Assembly (NCBI GenBank): GCA_020891255.1 | Contig: BQFW01000009.1 | Span: forward strand, 1,488,001 to 1,552,000 | Direction: 5' to 3' | Origin: Entomortierella parvispora E1425 | Taxonomy: Eukaryota; Fungi; Mortierellomycota | Length of the DNA stretch: 64,000 bases | Shown: positions 38,000 to 48,742 of the stretch, piece by piece | Layout of the letters: each line of letters starts with the position of its first letter | Numbering within the stretch: the first letter of the stretch is position 1 | The notes under the pieces: model-generated | What the model was told of the DNA's origin: nothing | Seen by the model: the letters and a program-made list of their open reading frames with translations, nothing else | Database searches by the model: none | Made by a program: the position numbers and the translations under genes

Positions 38000-39532
38000 T
38001 CAATAATAGCTATACTTCACGGATTTTTCCAAGAATTTTCTTGCTTCCGTGGTTGCGTCAACTCCTGTGATTTTTTTCAGATGAACCCAGTGCTTGCTCA
38101 CCCACTGGGCTTCGGCCACTGTCCACCTTGGCCTCATAGTCATTAAACCTGAGCCCACGAAGTTGACCATCCGACGTAAGACTTTCAGACGATCCAGACC
38201 ATGCTCCAGTGTCAACTTCAAGCAGTAGTTCTCCACAGGTCCATTTTTGGGAATAATATTTTCGTGATCAAGCTGGGCACTGTCAACATGCAGATCCAAT
38301 GAAGTGAGATTCACAAGAGAGGAGAGCAAATCCAATATCATGTCCTGTGTTCCCTCCTCGGAAAGAACAATGGCCAATCGTAGCTTCCTCAGACCGATGC
38401 AGACCCACTGAGCGCCACTCTTCACGATGTCCTGGTCCCGAACATAAGAGGATTCAAATTCTTGCAGACTGGGCATCGTCGACAGGATAGTTTGCACCAC
38501 TTGGCCCGAATTCTCCTTGCAACCCTCAAGACCCAGCACGTTGATGGCCGTCAGGAATCGATGAGTACCAGTCTGCAAAGTTCCAAGCAGCTCCATATCT
38601 ACGACACCGCCCTCAATCCCCAAACTCGTCAATTTCGGAAACGAGTCGAGCATCTCCTGGATCTCCTTGTCTCTCAGGTCCACGTAGCAAAGTCGAAGGT
38701 CTCTGAGTTGTTTTCCAAATGGCAAATGCTTTGCAAGTTTTACGAGAAGCTTCACCTCCATGTCGGAATTGGTTTTCCATCGCAGCCGCTTCAGTTCCGG
38801 GCTTTTCAGGATCAGCAGCACATCTAGATGAGTAGAGTACCAGCGTTCAAGATGGTCGAGGTACAATTCCTTGATGATGGTCGCCTTCACGCTGGAAATC
38901 AGAGCAACGGTATACGCACTCATATCTGTGGGTCTCTGTCCTGTCGTAATGACTCCCCCCCAAGAAAGTGATTGTAGGCGGGACCACAGAGGTTCGTAAA
39001 ACTCCATCCACTCGTCCTGCCTCTCAAAGCTCTGGGAGTTCAGTTTCAATGTCTCCAGTTTGGGGCAACCCGAGAGGGCTTTGAGAATCCGAGTTGTAGT
39101 GTTGGCACTGGAGAAAAATACTCGCAAAGAGGACCGGTGTCCGTGGATCAGCGCACCAAGCGATCTTTCGTTCGTAGGAAGACCTTGAGGCGTGTATTGG
39201 TTGGCATAAGAGTCCCAGATTTCAAGATGGGTCAGGTTTTGGCACTTGATACGACTAGATGGCATCTTGAAGTTGCCACTGAAAACAACAACCATCTTTT
39301 GAACCAAGGACCAGTATTTCTCACGTTCGGGCAGAGGTGGTCCAGAGCGATCGTACTTGCTCAAATTCAACTCGAGTCTGGTCCATAGAGGAGGAAGGAA
39401 GGCCTGGTACCAAACACGACTGACACGAAGACAGCTAGCAATGTCGCGTTTGCCCATGTACGAAGCAATGAGCTGCAGCAGCTCCGGAATGTCGAGAGGG
39501 CTTGGCTGAGTGAATGCGGACTGGGAGCTCAT
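38000..39532 (-). CDS. F-box + RNI-like LRR protein, tandem array copy 1, intronless
   Basis: MSSQSAFTQPSPLDIPELLQLIASYMGKRDIASCLRVSRVWYQAFLPPLW; colinear with copies 2-4 (NERSL, PLWSRL, WVCxGLRxL, LDxGLDRLKxL, WTxAEAxW). Confidence 0.9.
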   Translation of the reverse strand: MSSQSAFTQPSPLDIPELLQLIASYMGKRDIASCLRVSRVWYQAFLPPLWTRLELNLSKYDRSGPPLPEREKYWSLVQKMVVVFSGNFKMPSSRIKCQNLTHLEIWDSYANQYTPQGLPTNERSLGALIHGHRSSLRVFFSSANTTTRILKALSGCPKLETLKLNSQSFERQDEWMEFYEPLWSRLQSLSWGGVITTGQRPTDMSAYTVALISSVKATIIKELYLDHLERWYSTHLDVLLILKSPELKRLRWKTNSDMEVKLLVKLAKHLPFGKQLRDLRLCYVDLRDKEIQEMLDSFPKLTSLGIEGGVVDMELLGTLQTGTHRFLTAINVLGLEGCKENSGQVVQTILSTMPSLQEFESSYVRDQDIVKSGAQWVCIGLRKLRLAIVLSEEGTQDMILDLLSSLVNLTSLDLHVDSAQLDHENIIPKNGPVENYCLKLTLEHGLDRLKVLRRMVNFVGSGLMTMRPRWTVAEAQWVSKHWVHLKKITGVDATTEARKFLEKSVKYSYY

Positions 39533-39677
39533 TTGTTTGGTTTGGTAGTTGGAATTTGAAAATGTAATGCGTGTTGGAAATGAGGCATGTGCTTCCAAAA
39601 CAAACAAACAAAAAAAAAAGTGACGCGACGCGACGCGCATGTGATCTGTTATTTTATTCTTGCCGATGCGCCCACAA

Positions 39678-41216
39678 TCACAGCGGGAAAACTTGAATGT
39701 CGGGCTGTAAAAGGTCAAGTACTTTTGAATCTATGCCAATTCCTCGGATGAATCTTAATCTGGGCCAGTGTCTAAGTGCCCAATGTGCCTCTGCTTCCGT
39801 CCAAGGTGTACATCCGCGAGGCGCTGCGAACGATGCCAGGCGATGCAAAACCTTCAGCCTGTCCAAACCTCGATCCAGGGTGAGCCTTGGCGAGTAGCTG
39901 CTACTCATGTCGCTTCCCGCGGGCAAAGTGGGGAATGTAACACGGAATAAGTCTGGTTTGGTCAGATCAAGCGAGATAAGATTCTTCAGGCTAGCAAGCA
40001 AATCCAGAACCATATCTTGAGTCCCTTCCTCGAGAAGGACAATGCCAATCTTCAACCTCCTCAAGCCAGTGCAGACCCATCGACCTCCACCCTCTCTGAT
40101 GTCAATGTCGGTTATATAATCGGTCGAGAACTCCTCAAGGCCCGGGATTGACGTCAAAATGGCGTGAGCCAACTCTCCAGTGTGATCTCCACCACCCCTC
40201 CCCAGTCTCAAGACCTTTAGTGTTGTCAAAAACTGAGGTGTCTCTGTTTGAAGAGCCCTGAAGGCATCCATGGTCAAAGCGCCATGTCGAACTTCAAATC
40301 TCTCTAACTTTGGGAGCTTTGAAAACAACTTCCGAAAATCCTTGCCTGTCATATCCGGAGAGTACAGCCTCATGTCCTTAAGGTGCTGCCCGAATGGTAC
40401 CATCTCTGCGATCCTGGCGAGAATATCAACCATATCACGATCAACATCCCATCGCAGCCGAACCAACTCTGGGCTCTTCATTAAAAGTAGCACATGGGTC
40501 AACTCGACCATTCGCATCCTGTGTCCATCGCCCAGATGCAGATCCTTGATGGTTGTTGGCCCAACATGGGAAAACTGGGCCAGAACTTCCGAGACGACCC
40601 TCACATCATCGGACGTGGACTCGTATTCGACGATGCCTTCCCAAGAAAGAGATTCCAGACGGGACCATAGACGTTTGTACCACTTCAGCCAGTCCTTTTC
40701 CTCCTCAAAGTATCGATAACGCAACTTCAGTTTCTCCAGCTTGGGGCATCCAGAGAGGGCCTCAAGAACAGAGTCTTTGGTGTCGGAATTGGAGGTAAAC
40801 TCTTTCAAGGACGACTGGTGTCTCTTGATCAAGGCAGCAAGCGACCTTTCGTTCTTGAGAGGAGTCCTTGGTAACCTGTCGTGTCGGTGCGCCAGGTCCT
40901 TAACCTCCAGGCGGGTCAGGTTCGGAAACCTGACGGTATTACTTCGCATTTTGAAGTTGCCGTCGCAAACAGTAGTGATCCTTCGGACCAGGGGCCAGTA
41001 TTTATTTCGACTATCCAAAGGCGACCCACCATATTCATACGAGTCCAAGATCAGCTCAATGTCGGCCCAGAAAGCAGGAAGGAAAGCCCGGTGCCAACTA
41101 CGACTCACACATAGACAACGGACAATGTCGTTTGTTTGCATGTGCGAGGCGATGAGCTGCGACAGTTCTGGGATGTCGACAGGGCTTGGTCGGGGAGGTG
41201 TAGCGTGAGAGCTCAT
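39678..41216 (-). CDS. F-box + RNI-like LRR protein, tandem array copy 2, intronless
   Basis: MSSHATPPRPSPVDIPELSQLIASHMQTNDIVRCLCVSRSWHRAFLPAFW; paralogous along its full length. Confidence 0.9.
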   Translation of the reverse strand: MSSHATPPRPSPVDIPELSQLIASHMQTNDIVRCLCVSRSWHRAFLPAFWADIELILDSYEYGGSPLDSRNKYWPLVRRITTVCDGNFKMRSNTVRFPNLTRLEVKDLAHRHDRLPRTPLKNERSLAALIKRHQSSLKEFTSNSDTKDSVLEALSGCPKLEKLKLRYRYFEEEKDWLKWYKRLWSRLESLSWEGIVEYESTSDDVRVVSEVLAQFSHVGPTTIKDLHLGDGHRMRMVELTHVLLLMKSPELVRLRWDVDRDMVDILARIAEMVPFGQHLKDMRLYSPDMTGKDFRKLFSKLPKLERFEVRHGALTMDAFRALQTETPQFLTTLKVLRLGRGGGDHTGELAHAILTSIPGLEEFSTDYITDIDIREGGGRWVCTGLRRLKIGIVLLEEGTQDMVLDLLASLKNLISLDLTKPDLFRVTFPTLPAGSDMSSSYSPRLTLDRGLDRLKVLHRLASFAAPRGCTPWTEAEAHWALRHWPRLRFIRGIGIDSKVLDLLQPDIQVFPL

Positions 41217-41631
41217 TTACTTTTCCTGTTCCTGTTGATGCACTGTTAATGGAGGGGAGGAGTAGATGATTTTCAGTCAATGTGTGTCATGAAAGTGATG
41301 TGCATGGATGATGTTGAATGATTCATTCCTGTTTGAGCCCAAGAAGTGCAGAACGCAGTTCCCACACACAAAACACCAACTTTTTTTTTTTTTTTTTTAA
41401 ATACAGGCACCAATATTTTTTGTCTTGAAACGAGAAGTGCTGTGGTTCCAAGAAGTTTATTGTAGCAATTGCAACGCCCCATCGATGTAGGATGTATGTA
41501 TGATTAATAGTGGCCCAAAGGTGACACTATTGGAACATGCAGTACAGGTAATAATCTCGAATCTCGTTGCAGCCCGCACCAAAGAAATGAATGGGATTCA
41601 AGCACGTTTCCATTCAAGGTATCTTTTGCAA

Positions 41632-43152
41632 TCACCAACAAACGTGGATTCTCGGGTTTTGCTCCAGAAGGTCGAGTGCCTCTCTATTTGCATTAACTGT
41701 GAGGTTCCTCATTTTGACCCAATATTTGAGCACCCAGCTTGCTTCTCTTTCTGTCCATTGTACATGATGCTCGGGCGGCGTGAACTCTTCTAGACGATGT
41801 AGCGCCTTGAGTCTGCCCAATCCATGATCAAGGGAGAGCTTGGGTTCATAGTCCTCCATCCGGCCTCCGACAGGCGCAGGGACTTCTCCGTAGTAATTTT
41901 CATTCAGGTTCAGCTTCGTCAGATTCTCGAGACTGGCAACCAACTCCATGACCATGTCCTCCGTCCCTTTCTCGAGTAGGACAATAGCTATCGTCAGCTT
42001 CTTCAATCCGGTGCAAATCCAGCGACCACCATCGCTCTTGATATCAACGTCGGTTATATGATCCAGAACGAGCTCCTCAAGGCAGGGCATAGACGTCATA
42101 ATATTTTGCGCAAGTTCACCGGATCCTTCTGTAATAGCGACCAGCTTCAACACTTTGAAAGTGGTCAGGAACTGGGGAGTGTCTGTTCGAAGACTTCTCA
42201 GCAGCTCTATACTCATAAAGCTATTCGTAGCCTCAAACCGCTCTAATTCTGGGAGTCTTTGAAGCAGCTCTTGCATGTCCTTGTTCCCCATATCTGCACC
42301 GTGTAACCTCAGTTCCTTGAGGTGCTGACCGAACGGTGCCATTTGCGCGATTTTGAGTAGGGTGGAAATCGGATCATCAAAGTAGGTCAGCTGTAGTCGA
42401 ATCAGTTTCGGACTCTTCATTAGAAGCAGGATATGGATCGACCGGACAACCTGCTCGCTCCATCCTCCAAGTCTCAGGTCCAGCTCCTTGATGATTGTTT
42501 CGCCTTTGTTCAAAAAAGTAGTCATGGCCATGGCGTCTGTGGCAATATCCTCGGAGGTGGATTCGAATTGAAAGGTTCCTGTAAATGAAAGGGACTCCAG
42601 ACGGGACCACAGAGACTCATACAACTCCATCCAGTCTTCCATCCTCCTGAGGTACTGATGCTCCAGTTTCAGTTTCTCCAATTGGGTGCACTTTGAGAGG
42701 GCCTGGAGGATATGGGTGGAGGTGTCAGAATTGGAGTCAAAGTCTCTCAAGGTCGAATGGTGCCTCTTGATCAATGTAACGAGTGACCTTTCGTTCCTGA
42801 GGGGGCTTCGCGATCCGTGCTGTAGGATGTATTGCACGACCTTCAAATGCGTCAGGTTTGAGAACCTGATAGCACCGCATGACATTTTGAAATTGCCCTC
42901 ACAATCAACATAAAGCTTTCGTACCAAGGGCCACATTTTCCTCGATTCAAGCAGAAGTGGCCCCTTGTATCCATCTGGGTCTAAGAATAAATCGAGCTCG
43001 GTCCAGAGAACAGGAAGAAAGGCCTGGTACCACATGGGGCTGACACGAAGACAAAGGGCAATGTCAGACTTGTACAGGTACGAGGCAATGAGGTGCAGTA
43101 GCTCTGGGATGTCAAGAGGGCTAGGCTGCGTGAATGTACACTCGGAACTCAT
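41632..43152 (-). CDS. F-box + RNI-like LRR protein, tandem array copy 3, intronless
   Basis: MSSECTFTQPSPLDIPELLHLIASYLYKSDIALCLRVSPMWYQAFLPVLW; ATG at 43152. Confidence 0.9.
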   Translation of the reverse strand: MSSECTFTQPSPLDIPELLHLIASYLYKSDIALCLRVSPMWYQAFLPVLWTELDLFLDPDGYKGPLLLESRKMWPLVRKLYVDCEGNFKMSCGAIRFSNLTHLKVVQYILQHGSRSPLRNERSLVTLIKRHHSTLRDFDSNSDTSTHILQALSKCTQLEKLKLEHQYLRRMEDWMELYESLWSRLESLSFTGTFQFESTSEDIATDAMAMTTFLNKGETIIKELDLRLGGWSEQVVRSIHILLLMKSPKLIRLQLTYFDDPISTLLKIAQMAPFGQHLKELRLHGADMGNKDMQELLQRLPELERFEATNSFMSIELLRSLRTDTPQFLTTFKVLKLVAITEGSGELAQNIMTSMPCLEELVLDHITDVDIKSDGGRWICTGLKKLTIAIVLLEKGTEDMVMELVASLENLTKLNLNENYYGEVPAPVGGRMEDYEPKLSLDHGLGRLKALHRLEEFTPPEHHVQWTEREASWVLKYWVKMRNLTVNANREALDLLEQNPRIHVCW

Positions 43153-43739
43153 TGTTTCGGTCAAGTTGCTGTGATTACTGATGAAGGACAGGAGCAACCA
43201 TGTCCAGACAACATTCTGTCATGAAACTGAGGCATGTGATGCCACAAAAAAAAAAAAAAACTGTGTGACGGTGGCGCGGCTCATTTAAGAGCTGGCATTC
43301 ATGCGGGGCTGCAAAAGGCCAAGGGTTGCAGGGTTGCTGCGTCTGCGCTAATTCCTCGGAGAATCCTCCTACTCCATTGCTCCAGCCGCTCCACCTCTCC
43401 ACCTCTCCACCACTCCATTGATCAAGCTCCGTCCCTAGCTAGTATAAAAAAGTAGCAATTCATGTAGAAAACCCTTCGGATTATTCCTCCCATAAAATCG
43501 TCCCATATTCTTTTTCCTTCATATTCCATGTCTATTGTCACATCCCCATTTGACAGTCCCCAACCTTTCTCATTCCAACACGAGAAGGATGGAATAATAT
43601 TCATGAAGGGTAGACCAATATTCATGAGTCCGTTGCACTTTGTCTGCGCGAGTTTCTGTTGATGGCGAGGGCGTCGCTCTTTGTTTATCTTCACGCTTTT
43701 CCGAGACGGTGGGAGGCAAGGGGCCAAGGGGCCCGGAAT

Positions 43740-44515
43740 GTCTATTTGCCGTCCGATTCGACAGTTCGTTCCTTGTCGTCCGATGCTCTTATTTGTCGTC
43801 TGGATTTCTGCACCGCGTCCTGGTTATCCACTGCAAAAAATACATCGGTTTGGAAAGTATCTATATGACTTGCTAGACCAGGGCGCGATCGATTATCGAC
43901 TGAGTTTGATCACAAGACCACTCCTGGGAGCACCCTTTATCTCTCTCTCTCAGAAGTTCCATTAAACCGTTGGTCAATGTCCTTTTATCCACCGACGCAA
44001 TTGCTTTTCTCGCGTAGAACTTCCTGATATTGATCGTTTTATGCATCTTTGCGGATTGAAGCTCTCCCACAGCAGAACGGCCGATAGCAGCGGCGGACGA
44101 CAAGGAAGGGGCTCTCGGACCAGACGACAAATAGACACGTTCGCATGCTGTGCGTTCTCTTCTTTTTCCACTACACGGGATACGTCTATTTGTCGTCTGG
44201 TCCGAGAGCTCCGTCCTTGTCGTCCGCTGCTCTTATTTGCCGTTCTGCTGTGCTTCAGTTCACGCAATAAAGTTCAGGGGGCAAAGTTCGGCTTTGGCTC
44301 GTGTGAATTTTTGCACGCTCCCTGGTCATGCACCGCGCACCGCAAGCACCATACTGGGAAGTTATTTGTCGAATGGGTCCGGGATTCTTACTGTAGTTGT
44401 CGTCCGTTTTTCATAGCTGTCATCCAATTCGTCGTCCAGTAAAGTCAACAAGGTGAGCTTGTACACGAAACAGTTTGTTAGCCGTCCAGTTGGACAAAGT
44501 CCTTATTTGTCGTCC
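43740..44515. repeat. Modular direct/inverted repeat array built on TATTTGYCGTCYG / TTGTCGTCCG
   Basis: ~65-75-bp unit at 43740 (direct), 44059-44136 (inverted), 44184-44256 (direct) and ~44360 (degenerate). Perfect 26-bp inverted pair at 44111-44136 and 44184-44209. Confidence 0.8.
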
Positions 44516-45297
44516 TTTTTTTTAAGTCGTTCTTCTGGTTCTATTTTCAACAAAAGCCGCAGGCAGAAATTTGTGTCCATTCTCCAATGGAAAACGTAAA
44601 CAAAACTCAAAAAGGCACTCCAACACTGCAGTGAAAAGTTGTTTGCCTTTGCCTTCATGAGTGGAAAAAAAGATGTCAATTGACCTTTCGAACAGGATCT
44701 CCTGTTGAATTCTCCCCTCGAAAAAAAAAAAAAAAAAAAAAAAAGAATCAAGCTTGCACATAAACCGAAGAAGGATCAACTGAAAGAATAAAACGAAAAA
44801 GTTGATGCATGTCTTTGACAAAATGTGAAAACGGAATGTCTTTCATCTAGCTTTGGGCTCAGACGATACTCATGGGTAAACTCGTAGCCAACGAGTGGAC
44901 AGTGAAAGGATATTTACCCTAGCTCTTGCCTGAGCCTCGTGTAGCGGAAAAAGAGGAGAATGCACAGCATGCTCCGTCGACTTTGCCCCAAAGGATCCAT
45001 TCTCTTGGTGCGAAAAAGAAGAATGTTCCATAGTCGACCGCAAACACAACATCTTCGCCTCCCCCCATCCTCGCCTACTGAATAAACACAGTGATCTCTC
45101 AAATAACTCGGGAAGTGCCCAGCAGTGCTTGTGGTTCGCACAGTCCGTCGTCTTCGCCCACCATTTCTTGGCCGTATAAAGCGAGTTGATTCTGCTACCT
45201 TTCTTTTTCTTCATCCCTCAGTCAAACAAACTTCTTTCATCTTCTCTTCTCCCTCTCTTCCCGTACCCGTGCCCTACCTACTACAAAAAGACGCAAT

Positions 45298-45480
45298 ATG
45301 GCAGGATTCAAGTTTTACTTCCTTGGCTTTAAGGTGGAATTGAGAAAGAACTCCGACATGAACACCCAGTCAACTGAGGAAAAGCCGGACCAGCAGACCA
45401 TCGCCTCGCCCGAAGAATCCACCTTCCAGACGGCCGAAGAAGAGAAGAAGGCTGTTGCCGAGAACTCCCACATGGTCTGA
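45298..45480 (+). CDS. Candidate 60-aa microprotein
   Basis: TATAAA at 45175, CT-rich leader, CAAT-ATG-GCA start context, mostly C/G-ending codons, AATAAA at 45556. Confidence 0.45.
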   Translation: MAGFKFYFLGFKVELRKNSDMNTQSTEEKPDQQTIASPEESTFQTAEEEKKAVAENSHMV

Positions 45481-45869
45481 TAAAAGCGAGAAAACGAATG
45501 GGACTATGTTTCCCCCACTTGAAGGAATGTAGGCTCATTCTGCATTCGCATTCTGAATAAATTTTGGCACCCACCAAACCAAAATGTCGAGATTGACCCA
45601 TGGTACAGATTGACAGAGCGCTAGGCATGACCAACTCTGCTACGGACAACTCTTTTACGACTTCTTACGGTCTATTTTTTTTGTTCTACATTTTTTTTCA
45701 TCACTTTCAAGTCAAATTAAAAAAAGGGTTCAGGGGGGGGCGGGGGTTCAATTCAGGCACCGATTGGACAAAACGTTCAGGGTCCAAAGAGAATTTCTTG
45801 CAGCAATTGCTCCCTGCTAGAGAAAAAGGGGAAATGAGCCCTCTCCATTTCTTGGACTAGGGCAGCCTT

Positions 45870-47709
45870 CTAACCATCATCAGAAGCTGCTCGATATGAC
45901 TGGTCCAAAAGGTCGCGTGCTTCCGTATTCACGTTGATATCCCTGACCTCCTTCATTCCGACCCAGTGTTTGAGAACCCAGCGTGCCTCTGTTTCCGCCC
46001 AAAGAATGATCGCTGCTAGGCGCCGTACACTCTTCCAATTGATGCAACACACTGACTATCCAAATCTCGATCCAGAGAGAGCCTGGTTCCATATTCCTTC
46101 ATATTGCTTTCTTCAGGATCCGAGGAAAGGTACTGAAGTGAGTGTCACGCATGGACAAGTTAAGCACTTGAAGATTCTCTTGGCTAGTCTTCGGTCCCTT
46201 CTTCGAAAAGAACTATGGCTATAGTCAAACTTCTCAAGCCTCTGCAGACCCAGCGGCCACCATCGTTCTTGATGTCGACATCAGTTATATGGCCCATAAC
46301 GAGCTCCTCGAGGCAGGGCATGGATGCCAGTATGATCTGAGCTAGCTCTCCGGCTCCATTTGTCACAGATATGAATCCCAACACCTTGAAAGTGGTCAGA
46401 AACTGAGGGGTTTCTATCCGAAGAGTCTGAAGTGCGTCAATGCTCATATGCCCATTCCAAATTACAAACCGCTCCAGTTTCGGGAGTCTCAGAAAAAGCT
46501 CCTGCAAGTCCTTATTTTCCATTTCCCTGACTCAAGAGTGAGTCAGCTCTTCAAGGTGTTGCCCAAACGAGATCACTTGTGCGACTCTTTAAAGGATGGT
46601 TATTGAGTCCTGGAAACTGTGCAGCCGGAGTCGGGTCAATTGTGTTATAAGAAGTAGGTGGATCAATCAAATATGGCGTCCAAATAGATCCAAGCTCAGA
46701 TCATTAATGGAGGTTGTTCCTGGAAAAGAGGCGTTCTGTCACGAACCGTCAGATATCAGCCGCGATCTGTCACGTGCCGTGCTGGGCACCAATTGGTCAC
46801 TCCATTCCACCCATTGTCGGAACGCGTCTTGCTTGATATAGGATCCGAACCTAGGATCTAGGGTCAAACCCATTGGAGTCCTCCAGGGTCTAGACTTCGG
46901 ATGTTCTATCTATCATTGATATATATCCGTCGGCTGCACCCATTTGGACCTCCATCTCCTCCTTCATCACCGTTGTCGCCATCTACGACCCAACTCATAG
47001 GTCGAGCTTATGATTATACTTCCCGGCGCCCTCCCTGACACAACGCAGACTAGGTCCAGGCCCGCACCTCTCTCTAGTATAAAAACCCCCTTGATTCATA
47101 GCTGTATTCCCCAGTCTGCAATTCACAATTCCCAATAAACCATACCTTCCCTCTTTCTCTTGTTCCTGCCTTGTCCGACCGTGACACGTTCATGGTATCC
47201 GTAACGACATCCTCGGACATTGGTTCGGCCGAAATAGCTCCATTCCAAGAAAGAAATTCCATGCGGGACCACAGAGGCTCAAACCACCTCATCCAATCCT
47301 CAGCCGTCTCAGAGCAATGAAATTCCATGTCCAGTCTGTTCAGCTTGGTGCAGCCAGGGAGGGCCTCGAGGACAGAGTCGGTGATGTTGAAATTGGCGGA
47401 AAAGTTTCTCAATGAAGAGTGGTGCCTCATGATCAATTCAGATAGCGACCTTTCGTTCTTGAAGGATTTCGGCAGAGGTTGATGTCCTGAAAGACTATCT
47501 TTAATCTTCAGATGCGTGAGGTTCGGGCAGCTGACGGTGCTACTAGCTACCTTGATGAAGGGCCAGTATTTGTAGCGTTCAGCCAGAGGCGGTCCAGTAG
47601 GTTGGCCTGTTCTCAAGTCCAGCTCGAGCTCCGCCCAGAGAGAAGGGAGAAAAGCTTGGCTCCACGCACGACAGACACAAAGACAGGTGGCAAGGTCGCG
47701 TTTATCCAT
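45870..47709 (-). pseudogene. Degraded fourth copy of the F-box/LRR array, split by a solo LTR
   Basis: Colinear with copies 1-3 (MDKRDLATCLCVCRAWSQAFLPSLW, NERSL, PLWSRME, MENKDLQEL, GGRWVCRGLR, WAETEARWVLKHW). The first half of the F-box is lost, there are several in-frame stops and frameshifts, and an LTR insertion. Confidence 0.9.
46737..47186 (+). mobile_element. Solo LTR (450 bp) of an LTR retrotransposon with 5-bp target-site duplication CGTTC
   Basis: Starts TGTCACG and ends CGTGACA (7-bp inverted termini, TG...CA). CGTTC at 46732-46736 and 47187-47191. TATAAAAA at 47078 and AATAAA at 47134. Excision restores the host frame (DTMNASFPGTTSINDL). Confidence 0.9.
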
Positions 47710-47841
47710 GTTTCACGAGGTGTTCTCGAAAAAGGAGCCGGTCACGTGCGCATAAGCCACTGCGCCACCATTTGCAAAAAAAAAAGGCTCAGCATTAGCA
47801 TGGACAAGAATCATCCATCATTCTCAACCCAGGACAGGACC

Positions 47842-48742
47842 ATGGCCGTAAATGAAAACTTGGATTCAGCACTCGCGAAACCTTGTGGACTAGGAAGACA
47901 ATACTTTTGCTTGGATTCGCTGACACCTTGCCCTCTTTCGCACCTCCGCACTCTCACGCATGCATACTCCTGTAGGACTCTTTAAAAGCCCACGTCGACA
48001 TCTCCTCCAAGGGAGCTGATCAGTTTGTCGAAGTCTACTACAAGTTCTTTGATACTCAACGGAACGTAAGGACCCCCTTTGATCCATTAGGAATCTTTGT
48101 GATCTGAGCCATCTCGTCGTCCATGCTGTCAATCCAACTAAAGGCTTTCATATTTTTTTCCCCTCTTGATTTTGGCCTTTAGATTCTCAACCGTTTGTAC
48201 CGTGACAGTTCTTCGATCCTTTGGAATGGTATGGATATATAAAAGCCGCTTTTGGAGACAGGAAAAGAATAGACAATGAATCTGAGGCGTCAGCAGGGAA
48301 GCATATATGCCGCTCGCAGATATCATATGCTCACGGAAAATTTCGATTTTTTTTTTTCAACAACAGGAAACCCATTCTCTGGAATCAAGCCCTACGACGA
48401 GTTTTACACCAAGTTGCCTGCCTCTGAGCATACCGTCACCAGTTATGACTGTCACCCATTGCCAAGTAAGAGGAATTTCCTTTGTCCCTTGAACTATCGC
48501 CTCACCTGCCCCATGTCTTAACAGAAATGGCCCGGATCTCTAAACAGTCTTCATCTGTTCTGTATCTTATAGCACAATCAGCGGATCCCAACACCCCAGG
48601 AAGCATTATTGTGAGCGTTTCAGGAACAGTCAAATACGTGAGCGAGTCCAACCCAAGACTCTTTTCACAATCTTTTGTCCTCTCGCCCGACCCTGTCAAC
48701 GGCAACTTCTACGTTTGGTCAGACTGCTTCCGATTCGTTTAA
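47842..48742 (+). CDS. NXT1: NTF2-related export protein (p15/Nxt1-like), 5 exons
   Basis: Spliced MA|DSLKAHVDISSKGADQFVEVYYKFFDTQRN|ILNRLYRDSSSILWNG|NPFSG...LPASEHTVTSYDCHPL|...IIVSVSGTVKY...RLFSQSFVL...SDCFRFV*. The 6-nt first exon is the least certain part. Confidence 0.85.

Noticed and set aside
39533-39718. N-terminal extensions in the ORF track (38000-39718, 14357-16516, 51743, 53536, 50619, 55946)
   Set aside because: They start at non-ATG codons or run through pyrimidine-rich leaders; paralog and homolog N-termini support the downstream ATGs used.
43279-45840. 9-bp inverted match GGCTCATTT / AAATGAGCC bracketing the large spacer in the F-box array, as possible TIRs
   Set aside because: The match is too short, does not extend and has no target-site duplication.
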